Source: a virus
IMG/VR virus record: IMGVR_UViG_3300035171_000016
Location: 1-64,000 of that record
DNA: 64,000 bases
Direction: 5' to 3' (one strand)
Shown here: one piece after another, positions 10,452 through 20,820 of the stretch
How the letters are laid out: every line of letters starts with the position of its first letter
How positions within the stretch are numbered: position 1 is the stretch's first letter
The notes under the pieces: generated by a model
Databases searched by the model: none
Seen by the model: the letters and a program-made list of their open reading frames with translations, nothing else
What the model was told of the DNA's origin: nothing
Translations under genes and position numbers: made by a program

Positions 10452-11243
10452 TTAAAATGCCATTGGTTGCAGTTTTTGGATTGGCGTAATTTTAATTGAG
10501 CCTTCCTTTTTCTTTCCATCGTCGTATAAATCGGTTGCGGTAAATTTAAATCCGCAAATACCATATTCATGCGGACAATTATGCCCCATTTTTTGCTCTG
10601 GAATAAAACCATTAACCATTTGTAAAAGTTTAGGTTTAATTGCGGGCCAAAACATTCTATCTTCATCGGAATATAGAATTTTATTATCTAGATATTCCAT
10701 AATATCATTATTGCCGTCATAATGAATGCCGACACGAATAAGCCAAGTAAGCAAGCTAATACGATAAGGCTGCGTCCAGAACAAAGGAATTACGGCCAAA
10801 TAACGGTTTGCAACATCCAAATTATAAAATACGGTTTTTTGTTTAATTTTAAACTTTTTCTCGAAATGATTAATTAGATTTTGAATATTAAATAGATTAT
10901 CTTTTAAAAGCTTGGTATGTTCATCCTGTTTACCATATTTTCCACCACCAGAATAAGGCAAAATTCCAAAAACTAAATGAGCAACTTTATTCTTTTCATC
11001 AAATAAGCCTTCAATATATTCACTTTCCAAACCATAAACACTCCAATTTTTATGAGAATGTTGAGAATCTACCTGTTCATGTAAAAAATCCTTGCAAGCA
11101 GTCAGGGGATATTTAGTTGTAATTTTATCTCCGTCTCTGATAGCAAAAGCATAGCCCGCTCCCCAATTGCGGCCTTCTCTTAAAATCTTACGATTTTGTT
11201 TATCAATTAAAATAGGTTTAAATTCTACTGTTTTTTTAGTCAT
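10452..11243 (-). CDS. hypothetical protein, paralog of 17375-18016
   Basis: ACKDFL...FW..PYRISLLTWLIR versus TCREEF...FW..SIRRGFLTLFLR. Confidence 0.7.
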   Translation of the reverse strand: MTKKTVEFKPILIDKQNRKILREGRNWGAGYAFAIRDGDKITTKYPLTACKDFLHEQVDSQHSHKNWSVYGLESEYIEGLFDEKNKVAHLVFGILPYSGGGKYGKQDEHTKLLKDNLFNIQNLINHFEKKFKIKQKTVFYNLDVANRYLAVIPLFWTQPYRISLLTWLIRVGIHYDGNNDIMEYLDNKILYSDEDRMFWPAIKPKLLQMVNGFIPEQKMGHNCPHEYGICGFKFTATDLYDDGKKKEGSIKITPIQKLQPMAF

Positions 11244-11827
11244 AAATTTATAAAAAGATAATAATGATTAAATATCAAGTTGTCAACCTTTTACTACCAT
11301 CGAATTATTAATTTTAGATTGTTTTTTAGTGGGAAAATAATTTTCTTGAGTCTCTTGCTCGGTATTAGCCGTAATTAAAAACTGAATCCAGTGTCTATGA
11401 AGCATAATTGAAAGATGCACGCGGCCATCCAAGAGGGCCTGTAGCATAGCTACTAGCTCGGCATTTCTCTTTTTATAATCAATAGATTCATTCATATTAT
11501 TTTGTATATCTAGCCAATATTAAAAACACCGTCAAGAATATTATAATTAACATTAATAAATATTATGGTTTAAATTATTTGTGTTTAATTCCGAAAATTG
11601 AATCATACCATATCATTAAAAGAGCCAACAAATAAAACAAGGTAGCAATAAGCCCGGCGTGACAATTACTTTCTGGCTGGCCGGTTTCCATTATTTTAGT
11701 CTGACAGCAAAGCAAAAGACAAATTTGCAAGCCAAAATAATAAATAATTGAGGCCAAAACGGAAAAAATAATTTTAGTTTTACATTTCATACAAGAAATA
11801 ATAACCTATTAAATAAAAAAGTCAAGA

Positions 11828-12043
11828 TTAATAACCAAAAGGGTATGGTTTTGCTGTTTTAAATTTAGGTTTAGTGATTTTTTTAAATAATCTAATTCCT
11901 TTATATCTCATTCTCATATCTTTATGAGTTACCGTTTCCCAATTAATTAATAAATCATGGTTTTCCATTTTGCCTAAAAGGTAATAAGTATCTAAACCAA
12001 TTAATTCATTAGGACTATCAACTTCTTTAAAGTAGAAATTCAT
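11828..12043 (-). CDS. YPxGY-tail family small protein
   Basis: Ends KFKTAKPYPFGY. Confidence 0.8.
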   Translation of the reverse strand: MNFYFKEVDSPNELIGLDTYYLLGKMENHDLLINWETVTHKDMRMRYKGIRLFKKITKPKFKTAKPYPFGY

Positions 12044-12429
12044 TTAAATAGGAATTCTTGGATATTACCGTGCGAATCTGAATAATAGATTTTATTGAAA
12101 TTTAATGTCTTAATTAGGTTGGCGCAATGCTGGCACGGGGCAGACAAATTAACATTATAATTGTTATCAATTCTTACCACAATCAAATCATGGCCGGAAT
12201 AATCTTCTAGCCGTCCGCGAATTACTGCTAACATTTCTGCATGAGTAGCATTATCATGCTTAAAGGATGGATAAAATTTAATTGTTTTAGGATGAGTCTT
12301 TCGAGTATTAAAACCAACCGAAACCAATTCCTGTTTCTTAAAAATACCAGCGACGTGAAAAGCGCGCAAACTTTGTTTAAGCGGCTTCATGGCACGGGCC
12401 ATTTCGATAAGTTTATGATACCGTTTCAT
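12040..12429 (-). CDS. cytidine/dCMP deaminase-family Zn protein
   Basis: HAE and PCQHC motifs. Confidence 0.8.
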   Translation of the reverse strand: MKRYHKLIEMARAMKPLKQSLRAFHVAGIFKKQELVSVGFNTRKTHPKTIKFYPSFKHDNATHAEMLAVIRGRLEDYSGHDLIVVRIDNNYNVNLSAPCQHCANLIKTLNFNKIYYSDSHGNIQEFLFK

Positions 12430-12466
12430 TTCATATAAAATAATGAATAAATACTAAATGTCAAGA

Positions 12467-12979
12467 TTAAATTTTATCAGTTATTAGAATTCCTAAATTA
12501 TGGTCAACTTCATGTTGAACAGTAAACGAGCCATTATATCTATTAATTACTTCGCCTTTTCTTTTTCTGCTTTCGTCAAAATATTCTATATGAACTGACT
12601 CGTATCTTTTAATTTTAATTGGCTTTTCTAACCTAATAGAACCACAATTAGTATCTGTTTCTATTAATTCTCCAAGATATTGCTTTATTTTGGGATTAAT
12701 CATTATCTGGCAATAAGCGTTCTTAGTTCCACGATTTTTAACTATTCCGATTATATTAAATGGAACTCCTACATTGGCCCCGCTCATTCCGTGAGGCAAT
12801 TTATATCCGTCCATCTTATTTAAAGCAGCGAATCTTATTAAATTACAACTGGCCGCAACAACAGCCCTATAAATAGGATTAGAATTAAATAATCTTATAT
12901 TAACATCAAACAATACAGATTTAAGAAAAACAGTATCTTCTTTGTTATCTACATGAGTAAGATAATCAGAAATATTCAT
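12467..12979 (-). CDS. def: divergent peptide deformylase
   Basis: GMSGANVG (motif 1), TNCGS (EGCLS-like), QHEVDHNLG (HExDH). Confidence 0.75.
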   Translation of the reverse strand: MNISDYLTHVDNKEDTVFLKSVLFDVNIRLFNSNPIYRAVVAASCNLIRFAALNKMDGYKLPHGMSGANVGVPFNIIGIVKNRGTKNAYCQIMINPKIKQYLGELIETDTNCGSIRLEKPIKIKRYESVHIEYFDESRKRKGEVINRYNGSFTVQHEVDHNLGILITDKI

Positions 12980-13362
12980 TTTAACAATTCCTTATTCTCA
13001 AAAATATTTCCAATTATTTTAATATCTGTATATTTTTCAAAATTGTCACCATCACCATACCATCCGCGAGGGTCTAAATTTGTTGACGACAAAACAATAA
13101 CCGGAATAATATGTTTTTCAAAATCTTTTGGCTCTTTAAATGCTTCGTTATAAATAGCTTCTACAATATCACCTTCGTAAATTTCTTTTCCATTTTTATC
13201 TTTAAGGCCAATGAATTGCTGAACTATACTTTTAGAAGTTGTCCCAAAAATATCTCCATGAGACAACCAGTTTAAAGCATCTGTAAGTGTAAAATATCTA
13301 AATCCAAAACGCTTTCCGATGTTATACGCATCCCAAACTCTAAATTTAATTTCTCGGTTCAT
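12976..13362 (-). CDS. YopX-family protein
   Basis: MNREIKFRVWD...GLKDKNGKEIYEGDIV...IIGNIFEN. Confidence 0.85.
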   Translation of the reverse strand: MNREIKFRVWDAYNIGKRFGFRYFTLTDALNWLSHGDIFGTTSKSIVQQFIGLKDKNGKEIYEGDIVEAIYNEAFKEPKDFEKHIIPVIVLSSTNLDPRGWYGDGDNFEKYTDIKIIGNIFENKELLK

Positions 13363-14012
13363 TAAATTAGAGAATTTGACATAAACTTATTTAAAATATC
13401 TTGCGACCATTTTATAGTTTCGTTAAATCTATCATCACCATATAAAGATTCATTATGATTTTGAAAAGCTAGAAAATTAATCTTTTTGTACCAAACTACT
13501 TCTGGTTCTTTTTCGCATTTTACGTTTTGGTTATAACCGTTGTAATGATAAGGAGATAGATTAGCCCACGCTAAAAGTTCATAATCTTCACTCTCTTTTA
13601 AATTAGACACGTCTTGCATATTGTGGTGCGTGGAATTCATTTCAAGAATTTTTCCGTCAAATGTAGTAACTTCGTGAATACCGGGATGTCTAACATCCTG
13701 ATAAACTGCACCTCCAGCCAATGCCGCTCCCCATTGCGAAGATTTGCAAATACCAATTATTTTTTTTCCTAATTTAATTGCTGTTTGAAAATCCGCATAT
13801 TCTAAAGCATCTGTCTTTTCGTCGCAATATAATCTACCGCTATCAGGTTGGTTATAATAATGCGCTCCTACATCACTTCCCCCCAAACCAAGACACAAAT
13901 CAGCTTCTTTAATATTTTTGGTAAATCCTGTACCCTGTAACCAGTTAGCATAGCCACAATCGTTTCCGCCGCCAATTACATAGATTAGTCTATTGTTTTT
14001 ATTTTTACGCAT
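13362..14012 (-). CDS. class I glutamine amidotransferase / peptidase C26-like
   Basis: GGSDV, GICK (nucleophile Cys), NSTHH, FQNHNE (HxE). Confidence 0.8.
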   Translation of the reverse strand: MRKNKNNRLIYVIGGGNDCGYANWLQGTGFTKNIKEADLCLGLGGSDVGAHYYNQPDSGRLYCDEKTDALEYADFQTAIKLGKKIIGICKSSQWGAALAGGAVYQDVRHPGIHEVTTFDGKILEMNSTHHNMQDVSNLKESEDYELLAWANLSPYHYNGYNQNVKCEKEPEVVWYKKINFLAFQNHNESLYGDDRFNETIKWSQDILNKFMSNSLI

Positions 14013-14028
14013 ATTTATAATATAATGA

Positions 14029-14346
14029 TTAGTTTGATTTTGTCAATGTTTTTGTTTGAAATGATTTTAAACGGTTTTCTTTTTGGATTTCTTCAAGTTT
14101 TCTGAAATTTACAGGCCCTAAACCTACTTCTCTTCCGGTAAATCCACAAAAACAGGTAGAGCCTACAAACGCAAGACCAAACATTCCAACGGGCCAATCT
14201 GGATATGTAATAATTTTAGATACAACATAAACCTTATCCTTTACAACATCTGCGCCAGAATCAATAAAATTACCTATTTTGCCAGTAATGCTATCTGTGC
14301 CTTGCGGCGTTCTAATACAAACTACTTTATCAGATACTTTAAACAT
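14029..14346 (-). CDS. hypothetical protein
   Basis: 105 aa, FKVSDKVVC start. Confidence 0.6.
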   Translation of the reverse strand: MFKVSDKVVCIRTPQGTDSITGKIGNFIDSGADVVKDKVYVVSKIITYPDWPVGMFGLAFVGSTCFCGFTGREVGLGPVNFRKLEEIQKENRLKSFQTKTLTKSN

Positions 14347-15078
14347 ATAAAAAATATAATGATTAATTTTAAAAAATCAAGACTTTAATCTTCCAAAATC
14401 GCTTGGCTCAACCTCTAGCCATCTATCATAAGCTCTTTCCGCTCTTTCTCTAAAAGCTTTTTCCGCTGGCCTGCTTTTGATATACTTGTTAAATGCAATA
14501 CGTTCAATCATTTTGGCGGCATCTTTGCGCGGTATTCCAAAATTAAAAAACATTGTCCCTAATTCAACCGCCATTTGAAAATCATATTGCATAAATTAAA
14601 TAAACTTAAATAATACTCTCCATTTTTCACCATTAGCCGAAAACGCCACAACCTTATTACCATTCCAAATTATATAAAAATCTTTAAATCCTAGAAAACC
14701 ATTAGTAAGGTGTTCTAGTTTTAAGGATGAATTAAGATAATTAGTAATCACAGATTAATTACTAGTCCGTTCTTTGTGCCGGTAACACGTTCAACCTTAT
14801 AATGCTGGCCGTAAAGCCTCTCAACGGTGTTAAGGTTGCTTTCCTTGTAAACGCTAGACGGCAAATAAACTTCTTTGCGGTTGCGGTTTTTCGCGTCCTG
14901 AATAATACGAGTCAAATCTTCGTTGTTTAAATACATATTAGTTTAATTTTTATAGTTTTAGTGTATAATATTAATGTGTATAGTTATGTTAATGAATTTT
15001 CCGTCTATGTCAAGTTTAAATACTTGTTTTTGGCTCTTTGCCAGCTATACACAACATGGACGGATTTTGCTTTGATAT

Positions 15079-15951
15079 ATGAATAATAATGAAATAAAAG
15101 TTGAGAGTCAAGAGAAAACTAATATTTTTGAACTAAATGGTTTATTGGTTAAACACTGTAATAAATGTAACGAAACCAAAGAAATCAAATATTTTGGTAA
15201 ACATACTGGAAAAATAGATAATCTAGAAGATAATTGTAAAGTATGTAGAAACGAATATATAAGAAATTATTTTAAAAATAACAAAGAACAAAGAAAACTA
15301 ACTAATAAAAAAGCCAAAGAAAAGCTAAAGAAAAATCCAGACTATATAAAACAAAAACGAGAAAAGGCTAATATATATAACGCAACGCCAAAAGGAATAG
15401 AAAGCCAAAAAAGACGATTAGAAAGAATTAGATTAAAACTAAAAAACAATGAATCATTTAGGTTAAAAGAAAGGGAACGTAAAAGAAAATATAGAAACGA
15501 CCCAATTAATAAAGAAAAAAGAAAAATTAATTCATCTGAAAGATATAAAAAGGATTTAAATTATAAATTCTTAATTGTTTTAAGAAATCGAATGACTCAT
15601 ATTATAGCTAATAGGAAAGCAGCTTCTACTATAAAATTGACTGGCTGTGATATGAATTTTTTATTAAACTATCTAGAAAAACAATTTAAAGATGGAATGA
15701 CTTGGCAAAATTATGGTGGAAAAATAGGATGTTGGTCAATAGAGCATAAGGCTTGCTGCGCTCTTTTTGATTTATCCTTGCTTAACCACCAAAAAGCCTG
15801 TTTTCATTATTCTAATTTAGAACCAATGTGGCATTTAGAGAATATAACTAAACAAGATAAAATAGGAAACGACAAAAGAGCTAGAGACTTAACAGCAGAA
15901 GAAAAGAAAGCCGAACTTATTAGGCTCGGCTTTGATTATTTATTTGATTAA
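15079..15951 (+). CDS. HNH-type homing endonuclease
   Basis: N-terminal CxxC...CxxC and basic helical region; C-terminal WSIEH...CFHYSNLEPMW..ENITK; opposite strand to its neighbours. Confidence 0.8.
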   Translation: MNNNEIKVESQEKTNIFELNGLLVKHCNKCNETKEIKYFGKHTGKIDNLEDNCKVCRNEYIRNYFKNNKEQRKLTNKKAKEKLKKNPDYIKQKREKANIYNATPKGIESQKRRLERIRLKLKNNESFRLKERERKRKYRNDPINKEKRKINSSERYKKDLNYKFLIVLRNRMTHIIANRKAASTIKLTGCDMNFLLNYLEKQFKDGMTWQNYGGKIGCWSIEHKACCALFDLSLLNHQKACFHYSNLEPMWHLENITKQDKIGNDKRARDLTAEEKKAELIRLGFDYLFD

Positions 15952-15955
15952 TTAT

Positions 15956-16879
15956 TCAAACTTTAATATTCCAATTTTTATAAAACGTATCAGTAGAGTA
16001 CTTCTTTTTAGACTCCTTTTTGACACGGCTAAATAGCTCTTTAGGTAGATTAGCCTGTTTTAATAGCTTTTCTGCTAATGCCTTATCGCAATTATTAATC
16101 GCATTTTGAACCTCTTTAGTATCAATCAAGTCCAAAACCTTTTGATAGGTATTATTAAAAATATGAGATAGAGAATATTCGACTAAATCATAAGTTAGTT
16201 CTACCAAACTAGGGGAATTTAGCATATAGTTACTCATAAAGCGGCTTTCGCAACCCCACGGAGTAATTCTAAAACTGCCAGACGTTCCATATTTCTTGCG
16301 GCGGATAACAGACGTTTCATCATTATCCCACAAAATAGAACTTAAACCTAAATAAATTTCAACCATTTTAAGAGCGTTTTCCTTATTTTCCAAAGATGCC
16401 TTTAGAATGTCCGCGCCAAGATGGATATGAGAAGAGCCGCTACGCATTGTGTCGGTAAACTCGCCAAGCTCGTTAATTTTCTTTTCCCAAAATGAGAATT
16501 CGGGATTGCAACCTACTTGAAGCGGGTCAATACCGTGAGCCGCCTCTAGCTCGTTTTCCTTAAAGAAGTGTGCCGACTTAACAACAATTCGATGATTCTT
16601 GCCTAAATAGTTTTGAGTTTTTTGGAAAGCCGTCTTAAATCTATTTACGAAATCCTTTTTATTATCAGCCGGAGCAAAACTAGCCTCTAACAAAGAATTA
16701 TCAGCATAAATCTTAATTTGCTGGCCTTTGTCTAGGATAATAGGATTATGCTTGTCTCGTTTCAAAACAGGAATGCTTGATTGAATTTCTCCGTTAGGCT
16801 TGGCGATATAAATTTCAGGGTCTCCGCCAATGGTAAACATAGGCTTAACCGACATTTTCTTTACGAGTGTTTTGTTCAT
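15956..16879 (-). CDS. phiEco32-like COOH-NH2 ligase type 2
   Basis: IGGDPE, GCNPE, RSGSSHIHLG, RRKKYG..GSFR..PWGCESR. Confidence 0.85.
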   Translation of the reverse strand: MNKTLVKKMSVKPMFTIGGDPEIYIAKPNGEIQSSIPVLKRDKHNPIILDKGQQIKIYADNSLLEASFAPADNKKDFVNRFKTAFQKTQNYLGKNHRIVVKSAHFFKENELEAAHGIDPLQVGCNPEFSFWEKKINELGEFTDTMRSGSSHIHLGADILKASLENKENALKMVEIYLGLSSILWDNDETSVIRRKKYGTSGSFRITPWGCESRFMSNYMLNSPSLVELTYDLVEYSLSHIFNNTYQKVLDLIDTKEVQNAINNCDKALAEKLLKQANLPKELFSRVKKESKKKYSTDTFYKNWNIKV

Positions 16880-17019
16880 ATTGTTTTGTATATTCTTTAG
16901 TTTTTTATTACGGATTTATATTAATGAATAGTTTTTGGTTTGTCAATAGTTTTTCCAAATTTTTCCAGCGGCCAATTGATTTTCTTTTGCAAGCATTTCT
17001 AATCTATTATTATATAAAT

Positions 17020-17373
17020 CTAATTGTTTTTATTCCATTCTTTTACCTTTTTCTCGGTAAGAGTTTTGGCTAATTTAATACATTCTGCGGACGTATCTAA
17101 ATGAGGAAAATCAAATTGTAATAAATCAATATTATCTGATAAATAAGCCTTATCAAGTCTCTGCCATTTAGTAAACCATCCTTTAAATTTATAATAAATA
17201 CAATAATATTCACGATGATATTTCTCTACTTTTACTTTAAAGGTATCATTATAACCAAACAATTTCTTGACCGACAAAACAATATGCGGCCAATTATGCT
17301 CAATAATTTCCTTCGTTTCTTTCAGGTTTTGAAAGAATAGCGAGTCTTTTTGTTTGTTTTTGTTTTTCTTCAT
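17020..17373 (-). CDS. hypothetical protein
   Basis: 117 aa ORF. Confidence 0.6.
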   Translation of the reverse strand: MKKNKNKQKDSLFFQNLKETKEIIEHNWPHIVLSVKKLFGYNDTFKVKVEKYHREYYCIYYKFKGWFTKWQRLDKAYLSDNIDLLQFDFPHLDTSAECIKLAKTLTEKKVKEWNKNN

Positions 17374-17374
17374 A

Positions 17375-18016
17375 TTAAAATTTAAATGGCTCGGTTAATA
17401 CTTTTTCGTAAATAGATAGTTTTTTAGGCTTGAAGTTTTTGCCAACTAAATTTTCATTAATAAAGCCAATACTTCTATGTTCAAAATAATCTACTACCCC
17501 CTCTGCATCCTCATAATTAAGTACATTAATATTTCCTTTAAGAAAATGCTCAATAGCCGGTTTAATAGAACTAGCCAAACCGTAAGCATCAAAACACCTA
17601 CTAAAATCCTTACCATTATAATAATTAGAGGCTCTTAAAAATAACGTCAGAAATCCGCGCCGAATAGAGTTTTCTTGCCAAAACTTAGAAATATTACTAA
17701 TTGCAATAAGGTTTTTGTGATTAGTTTTAGAAAAAACAAGTTTATCTTTTAAAGCTAATTTCTTTTCAATTATACTAAAAAATTCATTAATTAGTTCAAT
17801 ATCAATATTAGTCTTTTGCCATCCAAAAATATCTAAACCGTGTCTAAAACTACTATATTCAAATTCTTCTCTACAAGTATCTGAATCGCTAATAAAATAT
17901 TCGTTGTCAAATACGCCACCATTTTTTAAATTAAAAGAAACATATGTACCACCATCACTAGAATAACCTAAATTTCCATATTCATCGTGAATAGTTATTT
18001 CCTTTTTATTAATCAT
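17375..18016 (-). CDS. hypothetical protein, paralog of 10452-11243
   Basis: See paralog; lies inside the ligase cluster. Confidence 0.7.
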   Translation of the reverse strand: MINKKEITIHDEYGNLGYSSDGGTYVSFNLKNGGVFDNEYFISDSDTCREEFEYSSFRHGLDIFGWQKTNIDIELINEFFSIIEKKLALKDKLVFSKTNHKNLIAISNISKFWQENSIRRGFLTLFLRASNYYNGKDFSRCFDAYGLASSIKPAIEHFLKGNINVLNYEDAEGVVDYFEHRSIGFINENLVGKNFKPKKLSIYEKVLTEPFKF

Positions 18017-18023
18017 AAATGAA

Positions 18024-18383
18024 TCAATTCCAATCGCCAGATTCTACCTTTTCTCGGCCTTTAAGTTTTTCCTTGTCCATCATATAAAAGGTAGCTTCGA
18101 TATTGTCAACATTAATTTTTACAGGAGTATATCCCGCACCAAGCTCCATTCCGTTTATCATTTCGGCAGCATGATTATCAACCTTATGAAGCTCAAATTT
18201 AACTTTACCATTACCTTTACAAATGGCCGGATAATAGGTAAGAGAATACATTTCGTAGCCAGATAATTCAATATCTTTAATGTATTTTTGACTACCCTTG
18301 CCAAAACGGTCAAAGTTATACCCTCGTTTAGAGTTCTTTCGGAGCGAGCCGAAAAACAACATATATTGAAAGTTTTTATTCAT
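18024..18383 (-). CDS. gamma-glutamylcyclotransferase (AIG2-like)
   Basis: FFGSLRK...YPAI...E...GY...SGDW. Confidence 0.8.
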   Translation of the reverse strand: MNKNFQYMLFFGSLRKNSKRGYNFDRFGKGSQKYIKDIELSGYEMYSLTYYPAICKGNGKVKFELHKVDNHAAEMINGMELGAGYTPVKINVDNIEATFYMMDKEKLKGREKVESGDWN

Positions 18384-18389
18384 TTTAAA

Positions 18390-19133
18390 TTAAGCAAAAA
18401 TATTATCGTTTTTAATTAGTTTATCAACGGGTTTCTTAGGTTTAATCTCTAATGGTGCGACTGGCTTAACAGGATTTATCGGATTAGCAGGCTTAATAAC
18501 CTGTTCTACTTTTGGAGCGGCTACTTTATGCTCGGTAGGAGAAAAATATCCATGTACTTTGTCACTGGACATTTCTTTTAGTCTTTTTTGAAGTGCCTCC
18601 AATTTAATTGGATTAAAGTTTTCACTTCTGCAAGTGCCGCCATAAGGGCCAAAGTGCATTAGTCCGTGACATGACAAAGTATAGTTACCATTCTTTGATA
18701 AGGTAATCTTATCATCGCTAATATCTTTGTGAATTTCTTGAAACTTGTAAAATTGAGTATCAAAATTTTCTGCACGGTTTTTAAATAAACCATTAATAAT
18801 TTCATATCCTTCGTCAACTAAACGAAAGGCAGATAGATATACCAAAACATTATTCTTATTCCAATTATCAGTTTTTAGAATGTATTCAATGTTTTCAATC
18901 TTTTTGCCGTTTTCGATTTTCTTAAAACTCCAATCGCGGCCAGTAAAAGTTTTAGTAATAAAATCTAGATAAAAATCAATTTCTTCGTTGGTTAGCCTTT
19001 TATCAATATTAGCAAGATAACGAATTGAAGTAATACCATTATCAGCCGACGATAAAGAAGAAAAGCAGATGCTATTCTTTTTGTTTTCTTTTCCGTCTAT
19101 GGTTTCCCACCAAGTAACATCGTAATTAGCCAT
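18390..19133 (-). CDS. hypothetical protein in ligase cluster
   Basis: 247 aa with a Pro-rich C-terminal tail. Confidence 0.7.
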   Translation of the reverse strand: MANYDVTWWETIDGKENKKNSICFSSLSSADNGITSIRYLANIDKRLTNEEIDFYLDFITKTFTGRDWSFKKIENGKKIENIEYILKTDNWNKNNVLVYLSAFRLVDEGYEIINGLFKNRAENFDTQFYKFQEIHKDISDDKITLSKNGNYTLSCHGLMHFGPYGGTCRSENFNPIKLEALQKRLKEMSSDKVHGYFSPTEHKVAAPKVEQVIKPANPINPVKPVAPLEIKPKKPVDKLIKNDNIFA

Positions 19134-19166
19134 AATATATAAAGTTTAATTATACTTGGTTAAATA

Positions 19167-19466
19167 TTAATCAATATTAACACCAGTTTCAGAAGCCTTT
19201 TTAGCAAGTCGGCCAATAGCTACGGAAACGGCCACGCGACGATTGAAATTCTCTTTACTATGGCAAACCGCCTCTGCCGAAAAATCTTGTCCGGCCTTGG
19301 TAGTTAGAGAAAGAATCGTTTTACCTGATGTCGCCAAAATTCGGTTTTGCCAGCCATTTTTACGAATTTCGCAAATAGGAAATAATTCCTTATGTCCGCT
19401 AACAGCGCGAAAATGAGAAACGCGGATTTTGTTGCCAGCCTGCCGAATTGATTTAATAGTTGTCAT
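19167..19466 (-). CDS. hypothetical phage protein
   Basis: AVCHSKENFNRRVAVSVAIGR motif. Confidence 0.65.
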   Translation of the reverse strand: MTTIKSIRQAGNKIRVSHFRAVSGHKELFPICEIRKNGWQNRILATSGKTILSLTTKAGQDFSAEAVCHSKENFNRRVAVSVAIGRLAKKASETGVNID

Positions 19467-19539
19467 ATATAGTTTTATTAACGTGTTTATATTAATGGTT
19501 ATGGTTTAAATGTCAAGAATTTATAATGGATTTTTTAAT

Positions 19540-20004
19540 TTAAATAGTTTTTTCAGTTTTGGTTTCTTCCGATACTTGAATTTTTTCAGTTTTTACTTCA
19601 AAATCAGAATAATTTACGCCATCTAGCTTACTAGGCATATCGCCAAACGTATAAACCTGCGAGCTAAAATGTTGATTATTAGATATAAACCTTTCTTCTG
19701 GAATTGAATCAAATTCCTGTTTAGCTTTAACTGCGGCCAGCTTTTTTACCATCTTTGTTCTTTTATATCTATCTGTAAATGAACCGTCTGGATTGCTATA
19801 TTTCCAGTTAAATTGCATATTTTTGGCGCGAGCATAAACATAATCTTCCTCGGTTGTTAGAAAATAATAAAAATTAGGAGATATTTCCTGTAAATCCGAA
19901 TTGAATTTGTTATTAAAGTTATATAGAGAAAAATTAATTGGCTCAATTTCCTCTAACCTTCCACCTAGATATACTGAATTACCGATTGTATGTTTAATTA
20001 TCAT
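19540..20004 (-). CDS. hypothetical protein
   Basis: 154 aa ORF with own promoter. Confidence 0.6.
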   Translation of the reverse strand: MIIKHTIGNSVYLGGRLEEIEPINFSLYNFNNKFNSDLQEISPNFYYFLTTEEDYVYARAKNMQFNWKYSNPDGSFTDRYKRTKMVKKLAAVKAKQEFDSIPEERFISNNQHFSSQVYTFGDMPSKLDGVNYSDFEVKTEKIQVSEETKTEKTI

Positions 20005-20043
20005 GGTGTTATATTAATGGACAGAATCGGTAATGTCAAATGT

Positions 20044-20820
20044 TTATTTTTGGACAAACTGTTCTTTTTTAGCCACTAATTTAGGTAATTTAGGAAACTT
20101 TTTATTAATTAGGCTTTTAATTCCGGTTTGATAGAATTTTCTTACCTGTGGGGTTTCAATAGTAACAGAACTATTTCCTTCTAGAAAATAATAGTTACGA
20201 TTTTTAACCAAAATATCAAATCCGCATAGATGAAGATTTAAAGCTTTTGCGGCTTTTAAAGCCATTCTATGCAATCTAATTGGCGTCTTGCGAATCCTTG
20301 CATAACGATAATTACTGCGGCAAATATCGGAATCTGATTTTTTAGCTTTTTCGCGGGAGCAGGTCAAAGTTTTATTTCCACAAACAAAAACTCTTACCTC
20401 TTTATCTGTTTTAATAAATTCCGTTGCATAAAATCCGTTAGGAATTTGAAACGGCCCCTTTTTTAATTGGAAGTCTTTTCCGGCAGCATGAGAAGTCGGG
20501 CGATAAACAACTAATTTATTCTTTGGAACTTTGTCTAAATAGATTTTAGGAGTTTTTACTACTTTGCTTAAAACTTGGATTGCCTCGTTTTTTCTTACGT
20601 TTAATTTAATGCTTTCCAAAGGATTTAAAACATTTTTAAAATCTTTACTATCACAAAAGATTAAATCTTTGGCGGCAACATCGTAACCATAACCCCACCG
20701 AACGATAACATGATTATCATAATTTTCTTTAAAATCAGAAAAGTAAGTTTGGGTCTTAAATCCTAATTTTGAGGCCGATTTTAATTCCGAGTCAATTGTA
20801 AGTAAAATAACATTTTCCAT
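20044..20820 (-). CDS. ATP-grasp (RimK-like) ligase
   Basis: VIVRWG, EFI...EVRVFV, CGFDIL, FLEGNS. Confidence 0.8.
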   Translation of the reverse strand: MENVILLTIDSELKSASKLGFKTQTYFSDFKENYDNHVIVRWGYGYDVAAKDLIFCDSKDFKNVLNPLESIKLNVRKNEAIQVLSKVVKTPKIYLDKVPKNKLVVYRPTSHAAGKDFQLKKGPFQIPNGFYATEFIKTDKEVRVFVCGNKTLTCSREKAKKSDSDICRSNYRYARIRKTPIRLHRMALKAAKALNLHLCGFDILVKNRNYYFLEGNSSVTIETPQVRKFYQTGIKSLINKKFPKLPKLVAKKEQFVQK

